This document shows, piece after piece, positions 16,450 through 24,514 of a stretch of 29,509 bases of DNA (the stretch's first letter is position 1; each line of letters starts with the position of its first letter). The notes below the pieces were generated by a model that saw only the letters and a program-made list of their open reading frames with translations, was not told the DNA's origin and searched no databases. This stretch comes from a virus. Location: IMG/VR virus record IMGVR_UViG_3300002641_002026; one strand, given 5' to 3'. The position numbers and the translations under genes were made by a program.

Positions 16450-17273
16450 TCTTCCTCCTTTTCTGAATCATTTAACCAATCATAATCAAATATTTCTTCA
16501 TCCATCCAATTTGGAATATCAATTTGATTATTATTTGATAAATCTTTAAAACTTGAATTTTCATTATCTTTTATTTCTTGTAATGTTTTATATCCTGCAG
16601 TTTTCCAATTTCTTAAAATTCCATTTACATAATTAAATGTTCTTTTATTATTTAATGTAGATATTTGTATTGCATATTTGATTATTTCTTCATCAAACGA
16701 CAACAACCAACTATCTATTTTTTCAATTTCTATAGAACTTAATGTTCTTCCAAAATTATTTTCGACATACTCGTATATATCTTTAGTTGTAGTTTTAGAT
16801 ATAACTATATCTTTATCTTTAGTTTTATCTTTATCTTTTATCTCTAGTTCTATCTTTGGTGGACACTTGTCCACCTCTTGTCCTCTTAATAACCTTTGTT
16901 GTTGTTTTTTAAATGCTCCTACACTTTTTGAACCTATTAAATTTTCTAATTGTGTAAGATATATTTCACCATTATCTAATATTTTTATAAGTCCTATTTT
17001 TTTTAATAATTCCATAGCAATTGTGACAGTATCAAAATCAATTTTAGTCATTTCTGATAGTTTTTTATTATCATATGGTATTAACATATTACCTACATTT
17101 CTTATCAAAACACCATTTGTTTTTAAACTCTTTAAACATAATTTAAGATAAAAATAGGCATAGTCACGACCATTTGGTTTTTGACTTTCTAACCAATCAA
17201 TGGCATCATCATCAAAAAAATCTTCTTTTAATAATAACCAATAAAACTTTGTATCTTTATCATATTTAGCCAT
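16446..17273 (-). CDS. Phage replisome organizer / DnaD-domain replication protein
   Basis: The N-terminus FYWLLLKEDFFDDDAIDWLESQKPNGRDYAYFYLKL matches the replisome-organizer N-domain pattern. The C-terminus IYEYVENNFGRTLSSIEIEKIDSW...NYVNGILRNW matches the DnaD repeat. Confidence 0.82.
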   Translation of the reverse strand: MAKYDKDTKFYWLLLKEDFFDDDAIDWLESQKPNGRDYAYFYLKLCLKSLKTNGVLIRNVGNMLIPYDNKKLSEMTKIDFDTVTIAMELLKKIGLIKILDNGEIYLTQLENLIGSKSVGAFKKQQQRLLRGQEVDKCPPKIELEIKDKDKTKDKDIVISKTTTKDIYEYVENNFGRTLSSIEIEKIDSWLLSFDEEIIKYAIQISTLNNKRTFNYVNGILRNWKTAGYKTLQEIKDNENSSFKDLSNNNQIDIPNWMDEEIFDYDWLNDSEKEEE

Positions 17274-17274
17274 G

Positions 17275-17385
17275 CTATTTTTTCCTTAATGCATTAATCA
17301 TTGATTTAACCATCACGAGGAATATAAATAGTCCTAAAGTAATTATTATTACTAATGCGAATATTTCTAATGTTTTTAATATCAT
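17275..17385 (-). CDS. Small hydrophobic peptide (36 aa), not in the ORF track
   Basis: I translated MILKTLEIFALVIIITLGLFIFLVMVKSMINALRKK behind the RBS AGAGGAGG. It fills the gap between two genes. Confidence 0.4.
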   Translation of the reverse strand: MILKTLEIFALVIIITLGLFIFLVMVKSMINALRKK

Positions 17386-17387
17386 TG

Positions 17388-17630
17388 CTAAACCTCCTCT
17401 ATATCTTTTGTTAAGTGATAAATAGCATAATTAGTCATGTGACCATATCTATTTTTACCTTGTATCATTTCAGTTTCTATGCCGAATCCTCTTTCTCGTA
17501 AAATATATATTATTCCTGAAAGTCTTGTAGCACCATATTTTTTAATAGCCTCATATGATGTAATTGTTTTATATTTTCTTAAGTGCTTAATTACATCACT
17601 GATTTGGCTTTTATTATTTGTTGCAAACAT
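17388..17630 (-). CDS. Winged-helix/HTH DNA-binding protein
   Basis: The pattern ITSYEAIKKYGATRLSGIIYILRERGFGIETEM...NRYGHMTNYAIY is typical of small phage wHTH proteins. The likely start is MFATNN behind GGAG. Confidence 0.65.
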   Translation of the reverse strand: MFATNNKSQISDVIKHLRKYKTITSYEAIKKYGATRLSGIIYILRERGFGIETEMIQGKNRYGHMTNYAIYHLTKDIEEV

Positions 17631-17820
17631 AATATTTTTCTCCATCGTTTCCATATGTTGCAATAATTCCATATCCTTGTTCTGAACATTCTTTTGACAC
17701 TCTTTCTATATGTCTTTCTTCATCAGCATTTACTTTTTGTATTAATCCAACTAATACTATTGTTAAAACTATTGTAATTAATGAGTATACTACCCATGAT
17801 TTTAATTTTCTTCTTTTCAT
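17614..17820 (-). CDS. Small membrane-anchored protein
   Basis: 68 aa with TM helix VVYSLITIVLTIVLVGLI. Confidence 0.55.
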   Translation of the reverse strand: MKRRKLKSWVVYSLITIVLTIVLVGLIQKVNADEERHIERVSKECSEQGYGIIATYGNDGEKYYVCNK

Positions 17821-17921
17821 TCTTTTTTTCCTCTTTTCTTAATTTTATATTTAACTTTTATGTTTTCCTGTTTTTCATAAAGTTCTATAAGTTTTTTTAA
17901 GAGGCTTTTTTCATCTATCAT
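17817..17921 (-). CDS. Small basic ORF (34 aa), not in the ORF track
   Basis: I translated MIDEKSLLKKLIELYEKQENIKVKYKIKKRGKKE behind AAGGAGG. Its ATGA overlaps the next gene. Confidence 0.4.
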   Translation of the reverse strand: MIDEKSLLKKLIELYEKQENIKVKYKIKKRGKKE

Positions 17922-17930
17922 AAAAATCCT

Positions 17931-17963
17931 CCTTATTTTGTTTGCTTAGTTTGTCGACTAATT
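17931..17963. repeat. Inverted repeat, left arm (IR-L), flanking the immunity cassette
   Basis: The reverse complement reads AATTAGTCGACAAACTAAGCAAACAAAATAAGG and matches 19052-19084 at 31/33 positions. Confidence 0.9.
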
Positions 17964-18155
17964 ATTTTTTATTTCAAATAGATAATCAATTGTTGAATTT
18001 AACCATATGGCTATCTTTTTACATTCAATTAACTTAAAATCCCTAATTCCATTCATTTTGTTGCTAATTGTTGATTTGTTTAGATTTAATAATTTACACA
18101 AATCATTTTGAGTTAATCCATTTCTTGTTAATTCTGCCTCAAGATTCTTATACAT
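17958..18155 (-). CDS. Cro-like XRE-family HTH regulator
   Basis: LTQNDLCKLLNLNKSTISNKMNG is an HTH. The gene is divergent from the repressor gene. The likely start is MYKNLEAEL; the ORF track uses GTG at 18179. Confidence 0.8.
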   Translation of the reverse strand: MYKNLEAELTRNGLTQNDLCKLLNLNKSTISNKMNGIRDFKLIECKKIAIWLNSTIDYLFEIKNN

Positions 18156-18179
18156 TCTTTCAATAAATCCTCCTTTCAC

Positions 18180-18227
18180 GATACGATACTCCGTATCTTT
18201 AATTTGATTATATTACGAGGTTTCGTA
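18180..18227. promoter_or_regulatory. Candidate operator palindromes in the switch region
   Basis: GATACG-N6-CGTATC lies at 18180-18197 and TACGA-N4-TCGTA at 18214-18227. Extra CGTAT half-sites occur near 18266 and 18306. Confidence 0.55.
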
Positions 18228-18236
18228 TTTTGTCAA
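18207..18236 (-). promoter_or_regulatory. Leftward early promoter (PR-like)
   Basis: Minus strand: TTGACA, 18-nt spacer, TATAAT. The spacer contains the TACGAAACCTCGTA palindrome. Confidence 0.65.
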
Positions 18237-18276
18237 CACCTTTTTGTAAAAATAATATGTTTTTTCGTATTTTGTG

Positions 18277-18305
18277 TTTACAAGTGTATAGTCGAGGTGT
18301 ATAAT
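18277..18305 (+). promoter_or_regulatory. Rightward repressor promoter
   Basis: TTTACA, 17-nt spacer, TATAAT, followed by RBS GGAGGTG and ATG at 18332. Confidence 0.65.
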
Positions 18306-18331
18306 CGTATTATATATATAGGAGGTGCATT

Positions 18332-18985
18332 ATGAATTTTAATGATAAAGTTGACAAATATATGAAAGAACATGACATCAAAGATTTAAAAAGATTAGCC
18401 ACTTTATCTGATATACCCTATACTACTTTGAGAGATTTTTACAATAAAAAAAGTGCCGATAATTCTAGATTATCGACAATTAGGAAGTTATCAGAGTATA
18501 TGAAATGTTCACTAGATTACCTCGCCTTTGATGAAAATATGGTATTTGATAATGCTGAGATTCTTTCAACTCCTAGCGAAATTGTTTCAATACCTATTTA
18601 TGGAACGATTAAAGCAGGTATTCCACTTGAAAGTCAAACTGATATAATTGAATACATGGATATACCAAAAGACTGGACTAAAGGAAATAAAAAGTTATTT
18701 GGATTGAGAATTAGTGGTGATAGCATGTATCCTAAATATCAAGATGGAGAAAAAGTAATCTTTGAACAAACTAATGATTTAGAATCATATAAAAATAAAG
18801 ATTGTGCAGTAATGGTTAATCATACTGAATCAACTTTTAAAAAAGTTATAATAAAAGAAAGTGGTATGTTATTACAACCTTATAATAGTAATTATGATAT
18901 TATGACTTTTACAAATGAAGAAATAAATAATTTACCAATAACAATTCTAGGTGTTGCTAGAAAAAAAGTAAGTGACATTGAATAA
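18332..18985 (+). CDS. CI/LexA-like repressor (XRE HTH plus S24 autopeptidase domain)
   Basis: N-terminal HTH, and a C-terminal domain with GTIKAGIP, GDSMYP (catalytic Ser) and FKKV (Lys). Confidence 0.9.
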   Translation: MNFNDKVDKYMKEHDIKDLKRLATLSDIPYTTLRDFYNKKSADNSRLSTIRKLSEYMKCSLDYLAFDENMVFDNAEILSTPSEIVSIPIYGTIKAGIPLESQTDIIEYMDIPKDWTKGNKKLFGLRISGDSMYPKYQDGEKVIFEQTNDLESYKNKDCAVMVNHTESTFKKVIIKESGMLLQPYNSNYDIMTFTNEEINNLPITILGVARKKVSDIE

Positions 18986-19012
18986 AATAATATAATTTAT
19001 AGCACAAAAAAA

Positions 19013-19036
19013 GACTTACTGCAGGAACAGTAAGCC
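19013..19036. terminator. Hairpin downstream of the repressor gene (better terminator on the minus strand)
   Basis: GACTTACTG-CAGGAA-CAGTAAGCC. An A7 run precedes it on the plus strand, which gives a T7 run after it on the minus strand. Confidence 0.5.
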
Positions 19037-19051
19037 AATTTGAAAAATCAC

Positions 19052-19084
19052 AATTAGTCGACAAACTAAAAAAACAAAATAAGG
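19052..19084. repeat. Inverted repeat, right arm (IR-R), flanking the immunity cassette
   Basis: AATTAGTCGACAAACTAAAAAAACAAAATAAGG. The first 18 nt are perfect, followed by 2 mismatches and then 13 matches against IR-L. Confidence 0.9.
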
Positions 19085-19155
19085 TTATAATGTTTTTGGA
19101 TTTTTCTATTACATTATAACAAATTTTCACTAAAAAGAAAAGAGGTTATAATAAA

Positions 19156-20556
19156 ATGAATAAAATAATTAGAGTCGCAATTTACATTAGAGTATCTACT
19201 GATGAACAAGCAAAACATGGGTATTCTATTGATAGTCAAACTCAAAGATTAAAATCATATGCAAAGGAAAAAGGATATAAAATATATAAAATATATGCCG
19301 ATGAGGGAAAGTCTGCTCGAAGTAATATTTCGGCTAGAAAAGAACTATTAAATTTACTTAATGATGTTAGACAACATAAAGTTGATAGAATAATATTTTG
19401 GAGATTAGATAGATGGTTTAGAAATATTCAAGATTATTATAAAGTTCAAGAAATATTGGATAAAAATAATGTAGATTGGGAATGTACGGATGAAGAATAT
19501 AATACTACTACATCAAATGGAAGATTATATCTTAATATTAAATTATCTATTGCCCAAAACGAATCTGACCAAACAGGAGATAGAATTAGATTCAATTTTG
19601 AAAACATGATTAAAAATAAAAAAGCAATTATTGGAACAAGGAATTGTCCAATAGGATATAAGGTTGAGGGAACACCAAAAGATAAACATATAGTTAAGAA
19701 TCCTGATGATGAAGATTTTATTAATGACTTGTTTTCAAAATATATTGATACAATGAGTATAAATGCTACTACAAAGTTTTTATCAGAAAAATATCCTAAT
19801 TATCATTTTGTTTATAGAAGTATAAGGAATATATTAACTAATCCCCTCTTCTATGGTTGCTACAGAGATGTAGAAAATTATTGTGAACCATATTTAACAA
19901 AAAAAGAGTGGGATAATATTCAAAACATATTAAAAACTAAAAATCAAAAATGTAAAACAGGCAAAGTAAGAGATTATATTTTTACTGGTTTATTAACTTG
20001 CCCTGAATGTGGTCGAAGATTAGGTGCTAATGGAAGTGTAAGAACAAGACCAAATGGTGAAACTTATACTAGGGCTAATTATAGATGCCCAAAACACTGG
20101 ACTGATGGGCAGTGTTCAAATAAAAGAGTATTACAAGAAAATTTAATAGAGGAATGGTTATTAAATAACTATAAGCAATTATTACAGGAATATATATATC
20201 AAGTTGATGAAATTAAAGAACAAATTGAAAAGAAAGACAATTCAAAAAAAATTAAAAATTTAGAGGAGAAAGTTAGTAGATTAAATGAATTATATATAGA
20301 TGGATTAATTGATAGAAAGAAATATGATGAGGATAGATTAAGATATACTAATGAAATTAATAATTTAAAACAAACAATTGAAGATGTATCAAATGTGGAT
20401 ATTGAAAATATAAAAAATATTATTAATGACTCTACCCCATTAGAAATATATAAAGAATTATCTATTGCTAATAAAAGGGCTTTTTGGAATAGTTTTATTG
20501 ATAGAATAGTATTTTGTGGAAATAGAGATTATGATTTCATAGTCTATTTAAAATAA
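19156..20556 (+). CDS. Large serine recombinase (phage integrase)
   Basis: 466 aa. Resolvase catalytic N-domain VAIYIRVSTDEQ, a recombinase domain, a zinc ribbon CPECGRRL...YRCPKHW and a C-terminal coiled coil. Confidence 0.92.
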   Translation: MNKIIRVAIYIRVSTDEQAKHGYSIDSQTQRLKSYAKEKGYKIYKIYADEGKSARSNISARKELLNLLNDVRQHKVDRIIFWRLDRWFRNIQDYYKVQEILDKNNVDWECTDEEYNTTTSNGRLYLNIKLSIAQNESDQTGDRIRFNFENMIKNKKAIIGTRNCPIGYKVEGTPKDKHIVKNPDDEDFINDLFSKYIDTMSINATTKFLSEKYPNYHFVYRSIRNILTNPLFYGCYRDVENYCEPYLTKKEWDNIQNILKTKNQKCKTGKVRDYIFTGLLTCPECGRRLGANGSVRTRPNGETYTRANYRCPKHWTDGQCSNKRVLQENLIEEWLLNNYKQLLQEYIYQVDEIKEQIEKKDNSKKIKNLEEKVSRLNELYIDGLIDRKKYDEDRLRYTNEINNLKQTIEDVSNVDIENIKNIINDSTPLEIYKELSIANKRAFWNSFIDRIVFCGNRDYDFIVYLK

Positions 20557-20562
20557 ATGCTG

Positions 20563-20610
20563 GGCTTACTAACATACTATCTCCTTTCGGCAAGTGTGAT
20601 TTAGTAAGCC
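20563..20610. other. Candidate attP
   Basis: Perfect 10-bp inverted arms GGCTTACTAA / TTAGTAAGCC flank a 28-bp, relatively GC-rich core. The element starts 7 bp after the integrase stop. Confidence 0.35.
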
Positions 20611-20646
20611 AAAAAAAAGAAGTCAGATATTACTCTGACTTTTGTT
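20611..20646. terminator. Bidirectional terminator between the integrase and endolysin genes
   Basis: AGTCAGA-TATTAC-TCTGACT is flanked by an A8 run on one side and TTTG on the other. Confidence 0.7.
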
Positions 20647-20687
20647 ATATATTATAATTTTTGTTAAATTTTTCAAATAAAAAAATA

Positions 20688-21656
20688 TTATCTTACTCTT
20701 ATTTTTTGACCTGCATATATCAAATTAGGATTTTTAATATTATTCCAAGCAACTAACTGATTAACTGATGTTCCATATCTTTTTGCTATCATAGTTAAAT
20801 TATCACCTTTTTGAACTACATAGTATTCTGCACCACTTGGTTTTCCACTTAACTTTTGATTAACTATGGATTGTATAGCATTATAATCATAACCAGCCTG
20901 TGTTAATCTATTATATCTATCATCACCATTTCCCCACATACCTGCGATTACTTCATTGGCAATTTCTTCATTTGATTTTTTGCTAGGTGTTGGTTGTGGT
21001 GTTGGACTAGGTGGATTAGGATTTTTAGAATAACCATTAAATCCACCATTTTTTATTACACTTGGGAAATCTACATAACAATAATCTTGGTCACAAGTCA
21101 CACCTGCTATTTTATTTGTTCTGATATAGTTAGTTTCTCCTCCAAATTGCCACATTGGAAATCCACTTGGTTCTGAACTTGACCATTGTGCTAACCAACA
21201 AGTAAATCTTTTAGCAAGTGATGAACCATTACAATAATTATTATACCAATTTCTATTCATATAGAATCCAGCATAATACCCTGCTCTTTCAAGAGTAGTT
21301 AATGCACTTGTTATAATAGCATCTACTTTTGCTTTACCTAAATTTTGTAAAAGACTATCTTCTACATCAATATATATAGGATATTCAAATTGTTTACCTC
21401 TTAGCACATTATCAATTAATATTTGAGCCTCTTCACTTGCTTGAGCCTCATTTACTGCTCTAGTCAACCAATATACACCTACACCTAGACCATTTGCTTT
21501 TGCTCTTTGATATAATGTTTCAAATGCAGTGTCTTTTTGATTTCCATAAGCACCTCTAATTATTGTGAAGTTTACACCCTCTGCTTTTGCTTGAGTTAAG
21601 TTTATATCTCTTTGCCATACTGATATATCTATTCCGAATAATTTCATCTTATTCAC
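20688..21656 (-). CDS. Endolysin: GH25 muramidase plus Cpl-7-like (CW_7) motif plus C-terminal LysM
   Basis: GIDISVWQ...IYIDVEDS is GH25-like. [32 protein letters not shown] is CW_7-like. [28 protein letters not shown] is LysM. Confidence 0.9.
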   Translation of the reverse strand: MNKMKLFGIDISVWQRDINLTQAKAEGVNFTIIRGAYGNQKDTAFETLYQRAKANGLGVGVYWLTRAVNEAQASEEAQILIDNVLRGKQFEYPIYIDVEDSLLQNLGKAKVDAIITSALTTLERAGYYAGFYMNRNWYNNYCNGSSLAKRFTCWLAQWSSSEPSGFPMWQFGGETNYIRTNKIAGVTCDQDYCYVDFPSVIKNGGFNGYSKNPNPPSPTPQPTPSKKSNEEIANEVIAGMWGNGDDRYNRLTQAGYDYNAIQSIVNQKLSGKPSGAEYYVVQKGDNLTMIAKRYGTSVNQLVAWNNIKNPNLIYAGQKIRVR

Positions 21657-21909
21657 CTACCTTATTTCTAATTATTTTTTCTAAATTATGAATTATATCA
21701 TAAGTTCCACCAGCAATAAGTCCACTTAATGCTATTGCAGAATTAAAATCTTTAGTTATAATCCATTCAACTATTGCAACTATTGTTCCAACTAATAAAT
21801 TTTGTATTGGTATCAAATTATTTTTAATCTTCGGAATTTTTTTTGATACTTCACCCAATATTAAAGTCACAATAATTGTTATTAAACTAATTAATTCTTC
21901 TAAATTCAT
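21649..21909 (-). CDS. Putative holin
   Basis: The likely start is MNLEELISL. There are two or three hydrophobic helices, and the gene lies immediately upstream of the endolysin. Confidence 0.65.
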   Translation of the reverse strand: MNLEELISLITIIVTLILGEVSKKIPKIKNNLIPIQNLLVGTIVAIVEWIITKDFNSAIALSGLIAGGTYDIIHNLEKIIRNKVGE

Positions 21910-21910
21910 C

Positions 21911-22216
21911 TTATTCACCATCCTTTCTACTTGGCAATTCAAATGTATTATTAACTAAAATTTCAATACCATGATTTCCACCTAATGCTTTATATTGTTT
22001 AAATAAATCTTCTAAACAATATCTTGCATATTCAGGCAAATAGCCTTTATTTTGATAACTTTCACATTTAGATACTATTTGACTGCGAATTATAGATAAT
22101 ATTGCAAGTTTTACTGCTTTATTATCTTTATATATTTTTACAATCATAGTGCTGATTCCAGTTAAAATAATTGGTATTGCCCATTTAAAAATTGTCATCA
22201 ATATCTCTTGTTCCAT
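21911..22216 (-). CDS. Membrane protein of the lysis cassette (holin-like or accessory)
   Basis: 101 aa with one N-terminal TM helix WAIPIILTGISTMIV. The call rests on position. Confidence 0.5.
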   Translation of the reverse strand: MEQEILMTIFKWAIPIILTGISTMIVKIYKDNKAVKLAILSIIRSQIVSKCESYQNKGYLPEYARYCLEDLFKQYKALGGNHGIEILVNNTFELPSRKDGE

Positions 22217-22264
22217 AGTTTCCCCTTTCTTTAAAATTAAAAGAAGAACATATTTCAGTTCTTC

Positions 22265-22669
22265 TTATTGTATTTTTACATATTTTATTGTGAAAACAAA
22301 TTTCTGATTGTTATTATAATGACTACCAAATGTTAATTGAATTTCTTTATTATTAGTACCAAAACGATAATTATTTGCATAATCACCACCACCAGAATAT
22401 GGTATATTCCATGCCCAATCATAATTACTAATACAAAAGCCATAACCATGTATTATCATATCTAAATCAGGCATTGTATCTAATACTTTAGTGCCAACAC
22501 TACAATTTCCTGTATATGATTTTTTATAAATAGTTCTACCATCAACCCATTTTTCATTAGTTGCTATTTCATTTGTTGAATATAAAAAATCTTTTTCAAT
22601 ATTATCAATTTCAGTTTTATTTTCAGTAATTTGTTCTTGTAATTCTTTTGTTAATTTTTCATTTATCAT
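22265..22669 (-). CDS. Small tail-fibre / receptor-binding-like protein, paralog A
   Basis: N-terminal helix MINEKLTKELQEQITENKTEIDNIEKD, followed by the YSTNEIATNEKWVDGRTIYKK motif. Confidence 0.6.
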   Translation of the reverse strand: MINEKLTKELQEQITENKTEIDNIEKDFLYSTNEIATNEKWVDGRTIYKKSYTGNCSVGTKVLDTMPDLDMIIHGYGFCISNYDWAWNIPYSGGGDYANNYRFGTNNKEIQLTFGSHYNNNQKFVFTIKYVKIQ

Positions 22670-22702
22670 ATTAATCTAGTTAATACTAGAAATTAGAATG
22701 TG

Positions 22703-23155
22703 TTATGAAAATAATCCTGTTTTAAATCCTATTGCATATATTGGTTTTAATGCTTTATCATCATAATTTAAAGATGTACTACCACCAGACTGCCTATATT
22801 TAAAACATCTTGAAATATTAAAAGTTGTATCATTTACTCTTTGCATATATCTAAAAATATTAAAGAGTTGTGTTCCAGCACTTCCAACTGCATTATTAAA
22901 ATTCATATAATTTTGTCCTTTAAAATATAAAAAACATCCAGCAGGTGATGTAAAAGCATTATCATCAGAACATACCCAAATAATAAAATCATAATCATCA
23001 CTTTTTAAATTAATGGTTTCACTATCTCCTGATGATGGGAAATTACTTGTAGGATTAGGATTAGTCCATAATAATTTTGCTTTCATTCCATTTATTTCAG
23101 TTTTATTTTCATTTATTAAATCTAATATATCTTTATTTAATTTTTCATTAATCAT
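22703..23155 (-). CDS. Small tail-fibre / receptor-binding-like protein, paralog B (different head domain)
   Basis: It shares the N-terminal helix MINEKLNKDILDLINENKTEINGMK, then continues LLWTNPNPTSNFPS... Confidence 0.6.
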   Translation of the reverse strand: MINEKLNKDILDLINENKTEINGMKAKLLWTNPNPTSNFPSSGDSETINLKSDDYDFIIWVCSDDNAFTSPAGCFLYFKGQNYMNFNNAVGSAGTQLFNIFRYMQRVNDTTFNISRCFKYRQSGGSTSLNYDDKALKPIYAIGFKTGLFS

Positions 23156-23191
23156 AATAACGATACATATTAGTATCTATGTGATGTTTAA

Positions 23192-23581
23192 TTAGTTGTT
23201 TTTTGTATATTCTAATATCATTGTTATTGCTCTATTATTCCACCAAGTATCACTGTGTGATTCTTGGAAATATTTAGTACTAGGATTATAATATAAACTA
23301 ACTGGGCTTGAACCTAAATATATTAAATTTCCTGCTAGAATAGAATGATAACAAGATATTAAAGTGTCAATATATGGAGTTTGAACCAAATTAGTAGCCG
23401 AATTAGTTACTGTAGTAGTATTAACTGTTAAAATTCTTCTATATATTGGTTTATTGTTATAAATTCCGTTTGTTTTTATTTCTGCTGTCGAATATATTTC
23501 TGCATCTTTCATACTTTGTATTTCAGATGTATTATTTCCAACTTGTTCACTTAATTCCTTAATTAATAATTCATTAAGCAT
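23192..23581 (-). CDS. Small tail-fibre / receptor-binding-like protein, paralog C
   Basis: The likely start is MLNELLIKELSEQVGNNTSEIQSMKD, followed by IYSTAEIKTNGIYNNKPIYRR. The ORF track starts at a TTG at 23596. Confidence 0.6.
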   Translation of the reverse strand: MLNELLIKELSEQVGNNTSEIQSMKDAEIYSTAEIKTNGIYNNKPIYRRILTVNTTTVTNSATNLVQTPYIDTLISCYHSILAGNLIYLGSSPVSLYYNPSTKYFQESHSDTWWNNRAITMILEYTKNN

Positions 23582-23717
23582 AAACATCACTGGCAACTGA
23601 TACTAAATAGTACCAATCACCCCACATTCTAATAAAGGAGATTCTAGTAAATAACTTGAACCTCCAATCTTCGATTTTTGTTGATTTTGTATATATATTA
23701 CTTAATATTTTTTTCAT
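23574..23717 (-). CDS. Small ORF (47 aa), not in the ORF track
   Basis: I translated MKKILSNIYTKSTKIEDWRFKLFTRISFIRMWGDWYYLVSVASDVYA behind GAAAGGAAAA. Its stop overlaps the start of paralog C. Confidence 0.35.
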   Translation of the reverse strand: MKKILSNIYTKSTKIEDWRFKLFTRISFIRMWGDWYYLVSVASDVYA

Positions 23718-23731
23718 AATAATTTTCCTTT

Positions 23732-24502
23732 CTAACTATTATTTATTATTGGTACTAAATCCCATTTTGAAGAATCCCATGTACCAGTTGTATTATTAGA
23801 TTTACAACCATATATTTTATGTTCATGTATTGTTAAATCATTTTTACTATATATATGATTTGAATCATAAGTATCAGTGTATAAACCTAATGATAATCTA
23901 ATGTCATTTATTTCATTTTGTAAATGACCTGCTTGGCTAGTATCTAGTTGTTCTTCTAGATTAGCAAACCATTCAGTAAACCAAGCCTCATATTGAGCAA
24001 ATATCTCCGATGTATCTAATTCTAATACTGCTTGAGTGACATTACCACAATCAGCACCAAATCTAGTATCAGTAATATCCTCAGTAGTTATTCTTGTTGA
24101 ACCTGCTGATACTAATATATTTGCTAATCTCAAATCATATATAGTACCAGTTCTAGTGATACTAGGCTGTGATGGTGTTGTTGCATATTGACCCTCTAGT
24201 ATTTGAGTTGTTATTTGTCTATTAGTTAAATCTAATCTGACAATAACTGAGTCGATTCTATCTAATTCACTATCTGCCTCATTAATATCTAATGTAAGCG
24301 ATTCAGTATTTTCATAACTATAACCATTTATATTAGCATTACCAGTTGCTACACTAATAGTCATATTATCATTTGAACTAACTGCCAAACTATTATTAAA
24401 TACACCATTAGTAAAGAATTTAGATAAGAATCTTGCAACATCTGATGCATCATAGACTCTATCATTATTTACTGAATTAAAAAACCCATATTTTTGAGCC
24501 AT
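23732..24502 (-). CDS. Tail fibre / minor structural protein
   Basis: The N-terminus MAQKYGFFNSVNNDRVYDASDVARF is a pattern I recognise from Firmicute phage baseplate/fibre proteins. Strong RBS AGGAGG. Confidence 0.7.
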   Translation of the reverse strand: MAQKYGFFNSVNNDRVYDASDVARFLSKFFTNGVFNNSLAVSSNDNMTISVATGNANINGYSYENTESLTLDINEADSELDRIDSVIVRLDLTNRQITTQILEGQYATTPSQPSITRTGTIYDLRLANILVSAGSTRITTEDITDTRFGADCGNVTQAVLELDTSEIFAQYEAWFTEWFANLEEQLDTSQAGHLQNEINDIRLSLGLYTDTYDSNHIYSKNDLTIHEHKIYGCKSNNTTGTWDSSKWDLVPIINNS

Positions 24503-24514
24503 TTTATTTTCCTC

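Noticed and set aside
15989-17685. Plus-strand ORFs 15989-16297, 16678-17151 and 17479-17685.
   Set aside because: They are antisense shadow ORFs within the early-operon genes (replisome organizer and the HTH protein). There are no ribosome-binding sites, and the amino-acid composition is implausible.
19029-20612. A shared 10-mer AGTAAGCCAA (19029-19038 and 20603-20612) as a direct repeat flanking the integrase gene, considered as mobile-cassette ends.
   Set aside because: It is short, and each copy is simply one arm of a local hairpin. There is no target-site-duplication-like context and no further similarity.
22691-23633. An 11-bp inverted repeat (ATTAGAATGTG at 22692-22702 and CACATTCTAAT at 23623-23633, with nearby ACTAGAA matches) flanking receptor-binding paralogs B and C, considered as a Gin/Mu-type invertible segment.
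   Set aside because: An 11-mer match within about 1 kb of AT-rich DNA is expected by chance roughly once. All three cassettes face the same way, so inversion would not create alternative fusions.
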